Shown here one piece after another: positions 24,709-35,839 of a stretch of DNA of 36,731 nucleotides. The notes under the pieces are model-generated. The model made no database searches, was not told where the DNA came from, and was given only the letters and a program-made list of their open reading frames with translations. Numbering within the stretch: the first letter of the stretch is position 1; every line of letters starts with the position of its first letter. Source of the stretch: Octopus sinensis (lineage: Eukaryota); the NCBI RefSeq assembly GCF_006345805.1, contig NW_021828089.1:1-36731 (forward strand), written 5' to 3'. The position numbers were made by a program, and so were the translations under genes.

Positions 24709-24848
24709 CCTCTCTCTCTTTTTCTCTCCCTTTTTCTCTCTCTCTCTCTCTTCTCTCTCTCTTTCTCTCTCTCTCTTCTTCTCTCTCTCTTCTCTCTCTC
24801 TCTTTCTCTCTCTCTTTAACTCTCTCTTTCTCTCTCTTTCTCTCTCTT

Positions 24849-24897
<49 letters not shown>

Positions 24898-24930
24898 TTC
24901 TCTCTCTCTTTAACTCTCTGTTTCTCTCTG

Positions 24931-24967
<37 letters not shown>

Positions 24968-25065
24968 TTTTCTCTCTCTCTCTCGCTTCTCTCTCTCTCT
25001 CTCTTCTCACTCTCTCTCTTTCTCTCTCCTCTCTCTCTCTTTCTCTCTCTCTTTCTCCCTTCCTC
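24318..25065. repeat. (CT)n polypyrimidine/polypurine tract of about 750 bp
   Basis: Direct reading. Confidence 0.97.
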
Positions 25066-25114
25066 TATCTTAACACAGAAAGCTGTATCTCAAAACGGTT
25101 CTAAATAAACTCAC

Positions 25115-25195
25115 AGCAACCCAAGGATGGTCCAAAACCTCGGCAGCGGAGAACCTCATTTCTGGATCTACCTGAAGCATGTGTTCAATCAAGTC
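25115..25195 (-). CDS. DCLK: DCLK exon, kinase subdomain XI ([27 protein letters not shown])
   Basis: tttctttttttttatacag|GAC...GCT|gtgagt. 81 nt, phase 0-0. CAMK-group motif R.SA..VL.HPW. Confidence 0.95.
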
Positions 25196-25227
25196 CTGTA
25201 TAAAAAAAAAGAAAGAAAATATTTCAA

Positions 25228-25580
25228 ATCTTTACGTTCTGAGTTCAAATTCCACCGAGGTCGTCTTTACCTTTCATCATTTCAGGGTCGATAAATAAAG
25301 TACCAGTTACGCACTGGGGTCGATATAATCGACTTAATCCGTTTGTCTGTCCTTGTTTGTCTTCTCGGTGTTTAGCCCCTTGTGGGTAGTAAAGAAATAG
25401 GTATTTCGTCTGCTGTTACGTTCTGAGTTCAAATTCCGCCGAGGTCGACTTTACCTTTCATCATTTCAGGGTCGATAAATAAAGTACCAGTTACGCACTG
25501 GGGTCGATATAATCGACTTAATCCCTTTGTCTGTCCTTGTTTGTCCCCTCCATGTTTAGCCCTTGTGGGCAATAAAGAAA
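25228..25580 (+). mobile_element. Two tandem headless copies of SINE family A (Meta-domain-like)
   Basis: gttctgagttcaaattcc(a/g)ccgaggtcg...tttcatc...gggtcgataaataaagtacc occurs twice and matches 35890-36731. Confidence 0.85.
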
Positions 25581-25629
25581 TATACAATTATTACACATGG
25601 GATATTAATGTCTATCAAGTACCCTAGGC

Positions 25630-25818
25630 GTAGTATAGTCGTAGGAGTGGCTGTGTGTTAAGTAGATTGCTTACCAACCACATGGTTCCGAGTTCAGTCC
25701 AACTGCGTGGCATCTTGGGCAAGTATCTTCTACTAAAGCCTTGGGCTGAACAAAATCTTGTGAGTGGATTTGGTAGACGGAAACTGAAAGAAGCCCGTCG
25801 TTTATATGTATATATATA

Positions 25819-25863
<45 letters not shown>

Positions 25864-28800
25864 TTGTGTGTGTGTATTTGTCCCCCCAACATAGCTTGAC
25901 AACCGATGCTGGTGTGTTTACGTCCCCGTAACGTAGCGGTTCGGCAAAATAGACTGATAGAATAAGTACTGGGCTTACAAAAAAATAAGTCCCGACGTCG
26001 AGTTTCTCGACTAAAGGCGGTGCTCCAGCATGGCCGCAGTCAAATGACTGAAACATGTAAAAGAGTAAAAGAGTATATATATATATATATATATATATAA
26101 AGCCTTGTGAGTGGATTTGGTAGACAGAAACTGAAAGAAGCCCGTCGTATATATGTATATATGTATGTGTGTGTGTGTTTGTGTGTCTGTGTTTGTCCCC
26201 CTAGCATTGCCTGACAACCGATGCTGGTGTGTTTACGTTCCCGTCACTTAGCGGTTCGGCAAAACAGTCCGATAGAATCAGTACTGGGCTTACAAAGAAT
26301 AAGTCCCGGGGTCGAGTTGCTCGATTAAAATGGCGGTGCTCCAGCATGGCCGCAGTCAAATGACTTAAACAAGTAAAATAGACGGAAACTGAAAGAAGCC
26401 TGTCGTATATATGTATATATATATATATAGGTGTAGGAGTGGCTGTGTGGTAAGTAGCTTGCTAACCAACCACATGGTTCCGGGTTCAGTCCCACTGCGT
26501 GGCATCTCGGGCAAGTGTCTTCTGCTATAGCCCCGGGCCGACCAATGCCTTGTGAGTGGATTTGGTAGACGGAAACTGAAAGAAGCCTGTCGTATATATG
26601 TATATATATATAAGCGTGTGTGTATATGTTTGTGTGTCTCTGTCCTTCTAGCATTGCTTGACAACCGATGCTGGTGTATTTATGTCCCCGTCACTTAGCG
26701 GTTCGGCAAAAGAGACCGATAGAATAAGTACTGGGCTTACAAAGAATACGTCGAGGGGGTCGATTTGCTCGCTTAAAGGCGGTGCTCCAGCATGGCCGCA
26801 CTCAAATGACTGAAACAAGTAAAATAAAATAACATACATATAGGCACAGGAGTGGCTGTGTGGTAAGTAGCTTGCTTACCAACCACATGGTTCTCTGTTC
26901 AGTCCCACTGCGTGGCATATTGGGCAAATGTCTTCTGCTAGAGCCTCGGGCCGACCAATGCTTTGAGAGTGGATTTGGTAGACGGAAACTGAAAGAAGCC
27001 TGTCGTATATATGTATATATATATGTGTGTGTCTCTGTTTGTCCCCCTAGCATTGCTTGACAACCGATGCTGGTGTGTTTACGTGCCCGTCACAAAAGAG
27101 ACTGGGCTTACAAAGAATAAGTCCCGGGGTCAATTTGCTCGACTAAAAGGCGGTGCTCCAGCATGGCCGCAGTCAAATGACTGAAACAAGTAAAAGAGTA
27201 AAAGAGTATATATATATATATATATAAAGCCTTGTGAGTGGATTTGGTAGACGGAAACTGAAAGAAGCCCGTCGTATATATATATATAGGTGTAGGAGTG
27301 GCTGTGTGGTAAGTAGCTTGCTAACCAACCACATGGTTCCAGGTTCAGTCCCTGCGTGGCATCTTCGGCAGGTGTCTTCTGCTATAGCCCCGGGCCGACC
27401 AATGCCTTGTGAGTGGATTTGGTAGACGGAAACTGAAAGAAGCCCGTCGTATATATGTATATATATAAGCGTGTGTGTATATGTTGTTGTGTCTCTGTCC
27501 TTCTAGCATTACTTGACAACCGATGCTGGTTGTGTTATGTCCCCGTCACTTAGCGGTTCGGCAAAAGAGACGATAGACGATAGAATAAGTACGGCTTACA
27601 AAGAATAAGTCCGGGGTCGAGTTGCTCGATTAAAATGGCGGTGCTCCAGCATGGCCGCAGTCAAAACTTTGACTTAAAAGTAAAATAGACGGAAACTGAA
27701 AGAAGCCTGTCGTATATATGTATATATATATATATAGGTGTAGGAGTGGCTGTGTGGTAAGTAGCTTGCTAACCAACCACATGGTTCCGGGTTCAGTCCC
27801 ACTGCGTGGCATCTCGGGCAAGTGTCTTCTGCTATAGCCCCGGGCCGACCAATGCCTTGTGAGTGGATTGGTAGACGGAAACTGAAAGAAGCCTGTCGTA
27901 TATATGTATATATATATAAGCGTGTGTGTATATGTTTGTGTGTCTGTCCTTCTAGCATTGCTTGACAACCGATGCTGGTGTATTTATGTCCCCGTCACTT
28001 AGCGGTTCGGCAAAAGAGACCGATAGAATAAGTACTGGGCTACAAAGAATACGTCGAGGGGGTCGATTTGCTCGCTTAAAGGCGGTGCTCCAGCATGGCC
28101 GCACTCAAATGACTGAAACAAGTAAAATAAAATAACATATATATAGGCACAGGAGTGGCTGTGTGGTAAGTAGCTTGCTTACCAACCACATGGTTCTCTG
28201 TTCAGTCCCACTGCGTGGCATATTGGGCAAATGTCTTCTGCTAGAGCCTCGGGCCGACCAATGCTTTGAGAGTGGATTTGGTAGACGGAAACTGAAAGAA
28301 GCCTGTCGTATATATGTATATATATATGTGTGTGTCTCTGTTTGTCCCCCTAGCATTGCTTGACAACCGATGCTGGTGTGTTTACGTGCCCGTCACAAAA
28401 GAGACTGGGCTTACAAAGAATAAGTCCCGGGGTCAATTTGCTCGACTAAAAGGCGGTGCTCCAGCATGGCCGCAGTCAAATGACTGAAACAAGTAAAAGA
28501 GTAAAAGAGTATATATATATATATATATATAAAGCCTTGTGAGTGGATTTGGTAGACGGAAACTGAAAGAAGCCCGTCGTATATATATATATAGGTGTAG
28601 GAGTGGCTGTGTGGTAAGTAGCTTGCTAACCAACCACATGGTTCCAGGTTCAGTCCCACTGCGTGGCATCTTCGGCAGGTGTCTTCTGCTATAGCCCCGG
28701 GCCGACCAATGCCTTGTGAGTGGATTTGGTAGACGGAAACTGAAAGAAGCCCGTCGTATATATGTATATATATATAAGCGTGTGTGTATATGTTTGTGTG

Positions 28801-29545
28801 TCTCTGTCCTTCTAGCATTACTTGACAACCGATGCTGGTGTGTTTATGTCCCCGTCACTTAGCGGTTCGGCAAAAGAGACCGATAGAATAAGTACTGGGC
28901 TTACAAAGAATAAGTCCCGGGGTCGATTTGCTCGACTAAAAGATGGTGCTCCAGCATGGCCGCAGTCAAATGACTGAAACAAGTAAAATAAAATAACATA
29001 TATATAGGCACAGGAGTGGCTGTGTGGTAAGTAGCTTGCTTACCAACCACATGGTTCTCTGTTCAGTCCCACTGCTTGGCATATTGGGCAAGTGTCTTCT
29101 GTTAGAGCCTCGGGCCGACCAATGCTTTGAGAGTGGATTTGGTAGACTGAAACTGAAAGAAGCCCGTCGTATATATGTATATATATATGTGTGTGTCTCT
29201 GTTTGTCCCCCTAGCATTGCTTGACAACCGATGCTGGTGTGTTTACGTGCCAGTCACAAAAGAGACTGGGCTTACAAAGGATACGTCCCGGGGGTCGATT
29301 TGCTCGCTTAAAGGCGGTGCTCCAGCATGGCCGCAGTCAAATGACTGAAACAAGTAAAAGAGTAAAAGAGTATATATATATACATATATACACAAATATA
29401 AGAGGGTGACCACCATATGGTCGACTCTTGCGCTAAATATAGATCCGCTATGGTATTAGCCACTATATATATATATATAGACTAAATGCAGTGCTCCAGC
29501 ATGGCCGTAGTCAAATGACTGAAACAAGTAAAAGAGTAAAAGAGT
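25630..29545 (+). mobile_element. Dense array of tRNA-derived SINE family B, containing a block duplication of about 1.3 kb
   Basis: Repeated head aggagtggctgtgtggtaag...ggttcagtccc (A- and B-box-like), internal (TA)n(TG)n and a 3' aaagagt tail. Diagnostic variants recur at a spacing of about 1303-1305 bp. Confidence 0.88.
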
Positions 29546-29574
29546 AGACGAGTATGTGTATACGTGGGTCTTAC

Positions 29575-29665
29575 CTTCGCGGAACTCGTAACCTCGTCCC
29601 AGAATGGTGAAATGAATTCAAAATGTCCACTTAGGATCTTGTCAAATAATTCTTCTTGGTTGTTG
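29575..29665 (-). CDS. DCLK: DCLK exon, kinase subdomain X (NNQEELFDKILSGHFEFISPFWDEVTSSAK)
   Basis: tttctttttctattccaag|C AAC...GCG AAG|gtaaga. 91 nt, phase 2-0, fitting both neighbours. The exact 5' boundary is discussed in the findings. Confidence 0.9.
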
Positions 29666-29749
29666 CTTGGAATAGAAAAAGAAATTTCAAAATTAAAAGC
29701 CATAATTCAGTTATGAATATCGCTTGCAAATTGTACATTTTCTTCTTTA

Positions 29750-30405
29750 TAGGCGCAGGAGTGGCTGTGTGGTAAGAAGCTTGCTTACCAACCACATGGT
29801 TCCGGGTTCAGTCCCACTGCGTGTCACCTTGGGCAAGTGTCTTCTACTATAGCCTCGGGCCGACCAAAGCCTTGTGAGTGAATAAAGTATATATATATAT
29901 GTATAGGCGTAGAGTGGCTGTGTGGTAAGTAGCTTGCTTACCAACCACATGGTTCCGGGTTCAGTCCCACTGCGTGTCACCTTGGGCAAGTGTCTTCTAC
30001 TATAGCCTCGGGCCGACCAAAGCCTTGTGAGTGAATAAAGTATATATATATGTATAGGCGTAGAGTGGCTGTGTGGTAAGTAGCTTGCTTACCAACCACA
30101 TGGTTCCGGGTTCAGTCCCACTGCGTGGCACCTTGGGTAAGTGTCTTCTGCTATAGCCTCGGGCCGACCAAAACCTTGTAAGTGTATAAAGTAGACGGAA
30201 ACTGAAAGAAGCCCGTCGTATATATATATATGTATAGGCGTAGAGTGGCTGTGTGGTAAGTTGCTTGCTTACCAACCACATCGTTCCGGTTTCAGAGCCA
30301 CTGCGTGGCACCTTGGGCAACTGTCTTCTACTATAGCCTCGGGCCGACCAAAGCCTTGTGGGGGGATTTGGTAGACGCAAAGTGAATAAAGACCGTCATA
30401 TATAC

Positions 30406-30436
<31 letters not shown>

Positions 30437-31020
30437 GGCGCAGGAGTGGTAAGTAGCTTGCTTACCAACCACATGGTTCTGCGTTCGGTACTACTGCGTG
30501 GCTGTGTGGTAAGTAGCTTGCTTACCAACCACATGTTTCCGGGTTCAGTCCCACTGCGTGGCACCATGGGCAAGTGTCTTCTACTAAAGCCACGGGGCGA
30601 CCAAAGCCTTGTGAGTGAATAAAGTAGACGGAAACTGAAAGAAGCCCGACGTATATATACATATATATATAGGTGGAGGAGTGGCTGTGTGGTAAGTAGT
30701 TGCTTACCAACCACATGGTTCCGGGTTCGGTCCCACTGCGTGGCACCTAGGGCAAGTGTCTTCTACTATAGCCTCGGGCCGACCAAAGCCTTGTGAGTGA
30801 ATAAAGTAGATGGAAACTGAAAGAAGCCCGTCGTACATATATATATATATATATGAATAGGCGTAGTAGTGGCTGTGTGGTAAGTAGCTTGCTTACCAAC
30901 CACATGGTTCTGTGTTCGGTCCCACTGCGTGGCACCTTCGGCATGTGTCTTCTACTATAGCCTCGGGCCGACCAAAGCCTTGTGAGTGGATTTGGTAGAC
31001 GGAAACTGAAAGAAGCCCAT
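29750..31020 (+). mobile_element. Tandem 5'-half copies (about 150-190 bp) of SINE family B
   Basis: Repeated head-to-gccttgtgagtg units separated by short (TA)n. Confidence 0.85.
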
Positions 31021-31119
31021 TGTATATATGTATATATATATATATATATATAACGGCCATGTTCGGAAGGTTTTCTTACGTGCCACCGCCACTGGTATCA
31101 CAGCTACAATTTCCACTGA

Positions 31120-31219
31120 TATGTATGTATGTATGTATGTATGTATGCATGTATGTATGTATGTATGTATGTATGTATGTATGTATGTATGTTTGTATGT
31201 ATGTATGTATGTATGTATG

Positions 31220-31253
<34 letters not shown>

Positions 31254-31325
31254 TGTATGCATGTATGTATGTATATATATGCATGTGTGTATGTACGTAT
31301 GTATGTATGTATGTATGCATGTATG

Positions 31326-31357
<32 letters not shown>

Positions 31358-31631
31358 TGCATGTATGTATATGTATGTATGTATGTATGTATGTATATGT
31401 ATGTATGTATGTATGTATGTATATATGTATGTATGCATGTATGCATGTATGTATGTATGTATGTATGTATGTATGTATGTATGCATGTATGTATGCATGT
31501 ATGTATGTATGTATGTATATGTATGTATGAGTGTGTATGTATGTATGTATGTATATATATATATATGTATGTATGTATGTATTTGTATGTATGTATGTAT
31601 GCATGCATGTAGGTATGAGTGTGTATATATG

Positions 31632-31674
<43 letters not shown>

Positions 31675-31922
31675 TTGTATGTATGTATGCATATATGTGT
31701 GTTTGTATGTATGTATGTATGTATGTATATATGCATGCATGTTTGTATGTATGAGTGTGTATGTATGTATGTATATATGTATGTATGTACATTTATGTAT
31801 GTATGTAAGTATGCATGTATGTATGCCTGTATGTATATATATATGCATGCATGCATGTATGTATCTATGTATGTATGCATGCATTTTTGTATGTATGAGT
31901 GTGTATGTATGTATGTATGTAG
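31120..31922. repeat. (TATG)n/(CATG) compound microsatellite
   Basis: Direct reading. Confidence 0.97.
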
Positions 31923-31976
31923 ACATTTTACACATAGAAGACCATCAATGTGCATTTGTGTGTGTAAGGAACTGAC

Positions 31977-32054
31977 CTGACAAATGGAGGGAATCCACAA
32001 AGTAAAATATATGTTATGACCCCTGCAGCCCAGACGTCCACTTTTAGGCCATAC
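31977..32054 (-). CDS. DCLK: DCLK exon, kinase subdomain IX ([28 protein letters not shown])
   Basis: ccttttctttttcctccag|G TAT GGC...GTC AG|gtcagt. 78 nt, phase 2-2. Almost identical to the DCLK-family [24 protein letters not shown]. Confidence 0.96.
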
Positions 32055-32312
32055 CTGGAGGAAAAAGAAAAGGTTTCGCTTTTATTTTTGTTTTTTAATG
32101 TACCAACAACGAATAAATATAAATTTATTTGTGGAGAAAACTTCGAACTAACTTTACAAGAAACAGCGTCTTTTCAGGTTAAAGGGAGAACACCTAGAAA
32201 ATAATTCCTTACGACATTCAGTTATGTCCCTTTATTTTCAAAGTTGAAATTTTATCAGAATCCACTTAACAAGAAAAAAGTTTGGGTTTTATTTTTGATT
32301 TTTAATGTACCA

Positions 32313-32477
32313 GGCGCAGAAGTGGCTGTGTGGTAAGTAGCTTGTTTACGAACCAGATGGTTCCGGGTTCAGTCCCACTGCGTGGCATCTTGGGCAAGTG
32401 TCTTCTGCTATAGCCCCGGGCCGACCAAAGCCTTGTGAGTGGATTTGGTAGACGGAAACTGAAACAACCCTGTCGTA

Positions 32478-32521
<44 letters not shown>

Positions 32522-32533
32522 ATAATATATATA

Positions 32534-32590
<57 letters not shown>

Positions 32591-33211
32591 GTGTGTGTGT
32601 TGTGTAGGAGTGGCTGTGTGGTAAGTAGCTTGTTTACCAACCACATGGTTCCGGGTTCAGTCCCACTGTGTGGCACCTTGGGCAAGTGTCTTCTCCTATA
32701 GCCCAGGCCGACCAATGCCTTGTTAGTGGATTCGGTAGACGGAAACTGAAAGAAGCCTGTCGTATATATGTATTTATATATATATATATTTATAGGCGCA
32801 GGAGTGGCTGTGTGGTAAGTAGCTTCCTTAACAACCACATGGTTCCGGGGTCAGTCCCACTGCGTGGCATCTTGGGCAAGTGTCTTCTACTATAGCCCCG
32901 GGCTGACCAATGCCTTGTGAGTGGATTTGGTAGACGGAAACTGAAAGAAGCCTGTCGTATATATGTATATATATATATATATATATACGTGTGTGTTTGT
33001 GTGTCTGTGTTTGTCCCCCTAGCATTGCTTGAGAACCGATGCTGGTGTGTTTTCGTCCCCGTCACTTAGCGGGTCGGCAAAAGAGACCGATAGAATAAGT
33101 ACTGGGCTCACAAAGAATAAGTCCCGGGGTCGATTTGCTCGACTAAAGGCGGTGCTCCAGCATGGCCGCAGTCAAATGATTGAAACAAGTAAAAGAGTAA
33201 AAGAGTAAAGA
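32313..33211 (+). mobile_element. SINE family B block (three heads, one tail) flanked by a GTACCA target-site duplication
   Basis: gtacca at 32307-32312 and 33212-33217. The flanking sequence resumes as a second copy of 32086-32287. Confidence 0.75.
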
Positions 33212-33402
33212 GTACCAACATCGAACTAAATTTACAAGAAATAGAGTCTCTTCGGGTTTAAGGGAGAATACCTAGCAAAAAATTTCCTTACGACGTTCAG
33301 TTATATCCCTTTATTTTCAAAATTGAACCTTCATCAGAAAAACTTTCATCTTTCACATTTAAAACAGACGCTGAGAGTATGGGGTTATCTGACTAATAAT
33401 TA

Positions 33403-34655
33403 CTAGTTTCAGTCAATTGACTGCGGCCATGCTGGAGCACCGCCTTTTTAGTCGAGCAAACCGACCCCGGGACTTATTCTTTGTAAGCCCAGTACTTATT
33501 CTATCGGTCTCTTTTGCCGAACCGCTAATTTACGGTGACGTAAACACACCAGCATCGGTTGTCAAGCAATGCTAGGGGGACAAACACAGACACACAAACA
33601 CATATACACACTCATATATATATATATATATACATTTATAATCGACTTAATACCTATGTCTGTCCTTGTTTGTCCCCTCTATGTTTAGCCCCTTGTGGGT
33701 AATAAAGAAATAGGTTGTCAAGCGATGTTGGGGGGACAAACACAGACACACAAACATATACATACATATATATACGACGGGCTTCTTTCAGTTTCCGTCT
33801 TCCAAATCCACTCACAAGGCTTTGCTCGGCCCGGGGCTATAGCAGAAGACACTTGCCCAAGATGCCACGCAGTGGGACTGAACCCGACCCATGTGGTTGG
33901 TAAGCAAGAGACATACCACACAGCCACTCCTACGCCATATACATATATACGACGGCTTCTTTCAGTTTCGTCTACTAAATCCACTCACAAGGATTTGGTC
34001 GGCCCGACGCTATAGTAGAAGACAGTTGCCCAAGGTGCCACGCAGTGGGACTGAACCCGGAACCACGTGGCTGGTAAGCAAGCTACTTACCACACAGCCA
34101 CTCCTATGCCTATATACATATATACGACGGGCTTCTTTCAGTTTCCGTCTACTAAATCCACTCACAAGGATTTGGTCGGCCCGAGGCTATAGTAGAAGAT
34201 ACTTGCCCAAGGTTCCACGCAGTGGGACTGAAACCGGAACCACGTGGCTGGTAAGCAAGCTAGTTACCACACAGCCACTCCTATGCCTATATACATATAT
34301 ACGACGGGCTTCTTTCAGTTTCCGTCAACTAAATCCACTCACAAGGCTTTGGTCGGCCCGAGGCTATAGTAGAAGACAATTGCCCAAGGTGCCATACAGT
34401 GGGACTGAACCCGGAACCACGTGGTTGGTAAGCAAGCTACTTACCACACAGCCACTCCTGCGCCTATATATAAATATATATATATATATATATAACAACA
34501 GGATTCTTTCAGTACCCGTCTACCAAATCCACTCACAAGGCTTTGGTCGGCCCGAGGCTATAGTAGAAGACACTTGCCAAGGTGTGCCACGCAGTGGGAC
34601 TGAACCCGGAACCACGGGCTGGTAAGCAAGCTACTTCACACAGCCACTCCTACCC
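33403..34655 (-). mobile_element. SINE family B array in the opposite orientation
   Basis: Reverse-complement heads (...ccacacagccactcct) near 33930, 34105, 34280, 34460 and 34650, with the 3' half at 33403-33600. Confidence 0.85.
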
Positions 34656-34706
34656 CTATGGTGATGTGACTTGGTTGATGGGTCTATATACGTATGTTTG
34701 AACATA

Positions 34707-35828
34707 AGTAAAAGTGGCTCGGCAGAAGGTAATGGCAAAACTTCTGCTGACTCTTTTGCCACAACTTTCTCTCTCTTTCCTCCTGCATCTTGCAGCTCAC
34801 CTGCGATGGACTGGCGTCCCGTCCAGGTGGGGAACCTATAACCGAGAGGAGGAGGAGGAAACTGGGAAACCGGCCCTTATGAGCCAGGGATGGCTCGAGA
34901 AGGAACAAACAAACAAGATATATATAAATGGAGGGCACATGGTCTAGTGTTTGGAGCAGCGGACTCGCGGTCGAGGGATCGCGGGTTCGAATCTCAGACC
35001 GGGCAATAGTGTATTTATGAGCGAAAAAACCTAAGCTCCACACGGCTCCGGCTGAAGGTAATGGCGAACTTCCCGGACTCTTTCGCCACAACTTTCTGTC
35101 ACTCTTTCCTCCTGCATCTTGCAGCTCACCTGCGATGGACTAGGTCCCGTCCAGGTGGGGAAACCTATACGCCAAGAAAACGGGAAACGGCCCTTATGAG
35201 CCAGGGATGGCTCGAGAAGAAACGAACAAAAACTTCTCCATACATCACAAGGAATATATTTTCAGTTAGCAATCCCGGTTTCTTGGCGTATAGGTTCCCC
35301 ACCTGGACGGGACGTTGGTCCATCGCAGGTGAGCTGCAAGATGCAGGAGGAAAGAGTAAGAGAAAGATGTGGCGAAAGAGTCAGCAGAAGTTCGCCACTT
35401 CCTTCTGCCGGAGCCACGTGGAGCTTAGGTGTTTTCGCTCATAAACACACACATCGCCCGGTCTGAGATTCGAACCCGCGATCCCTCGACCGCGAGTCCG
35501 CTGTTCTAACTACTAGGCCATGTGCTTCCATATATATACATATTGTTTGTTCCTTCTCGAGCCACGCCTGGCTCATAAGGGCCGGTTTCCTTGGCGTATA
35601 GGTTCCCCACCTGGACGGGACGCCAGTCCATCGCTGGTGAGCTGCAAGATGCAGGAAGAAAGAGTGAGAGAAAGTTGTGGTGAAAGAGTCAGCAGAAGTT
35701 TGCCATTACCTTCTGCCGGAGCCGCGTGGAGCTTAGGTGTTTTCGCTCATAAACACACACATTGCCCGGTCTGAGATTCGAACCCGCGATCCTCGACCAC
35801 TAGTCTGCTGCTCTAACCCATAGGCCAT
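34707..35828. mobile_element. Four copies of a family C-related SINE: two on the plus strand, then two on the minus strand (tail-to-tail)
   Basis: Plus-strand head ggagggcacatggtctagtg...gggttcgaatctc at 34929; minus-strand heads end near 35528 and 35828. The internal gcgatggactggcgtcccgtccagg resembles the V-SINE domain (recollection). Confidence 0.82.
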
Positions 35829-35839
35829 AAAAAACTTGA

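Noticed and set aside
33891-34625. 244-aa ORF with repeated WSARGYSRR...SGTEPGT units, and many similar ORFs in 25600-33100
   Set aside because: These are antisense readings of SINE family B copies.
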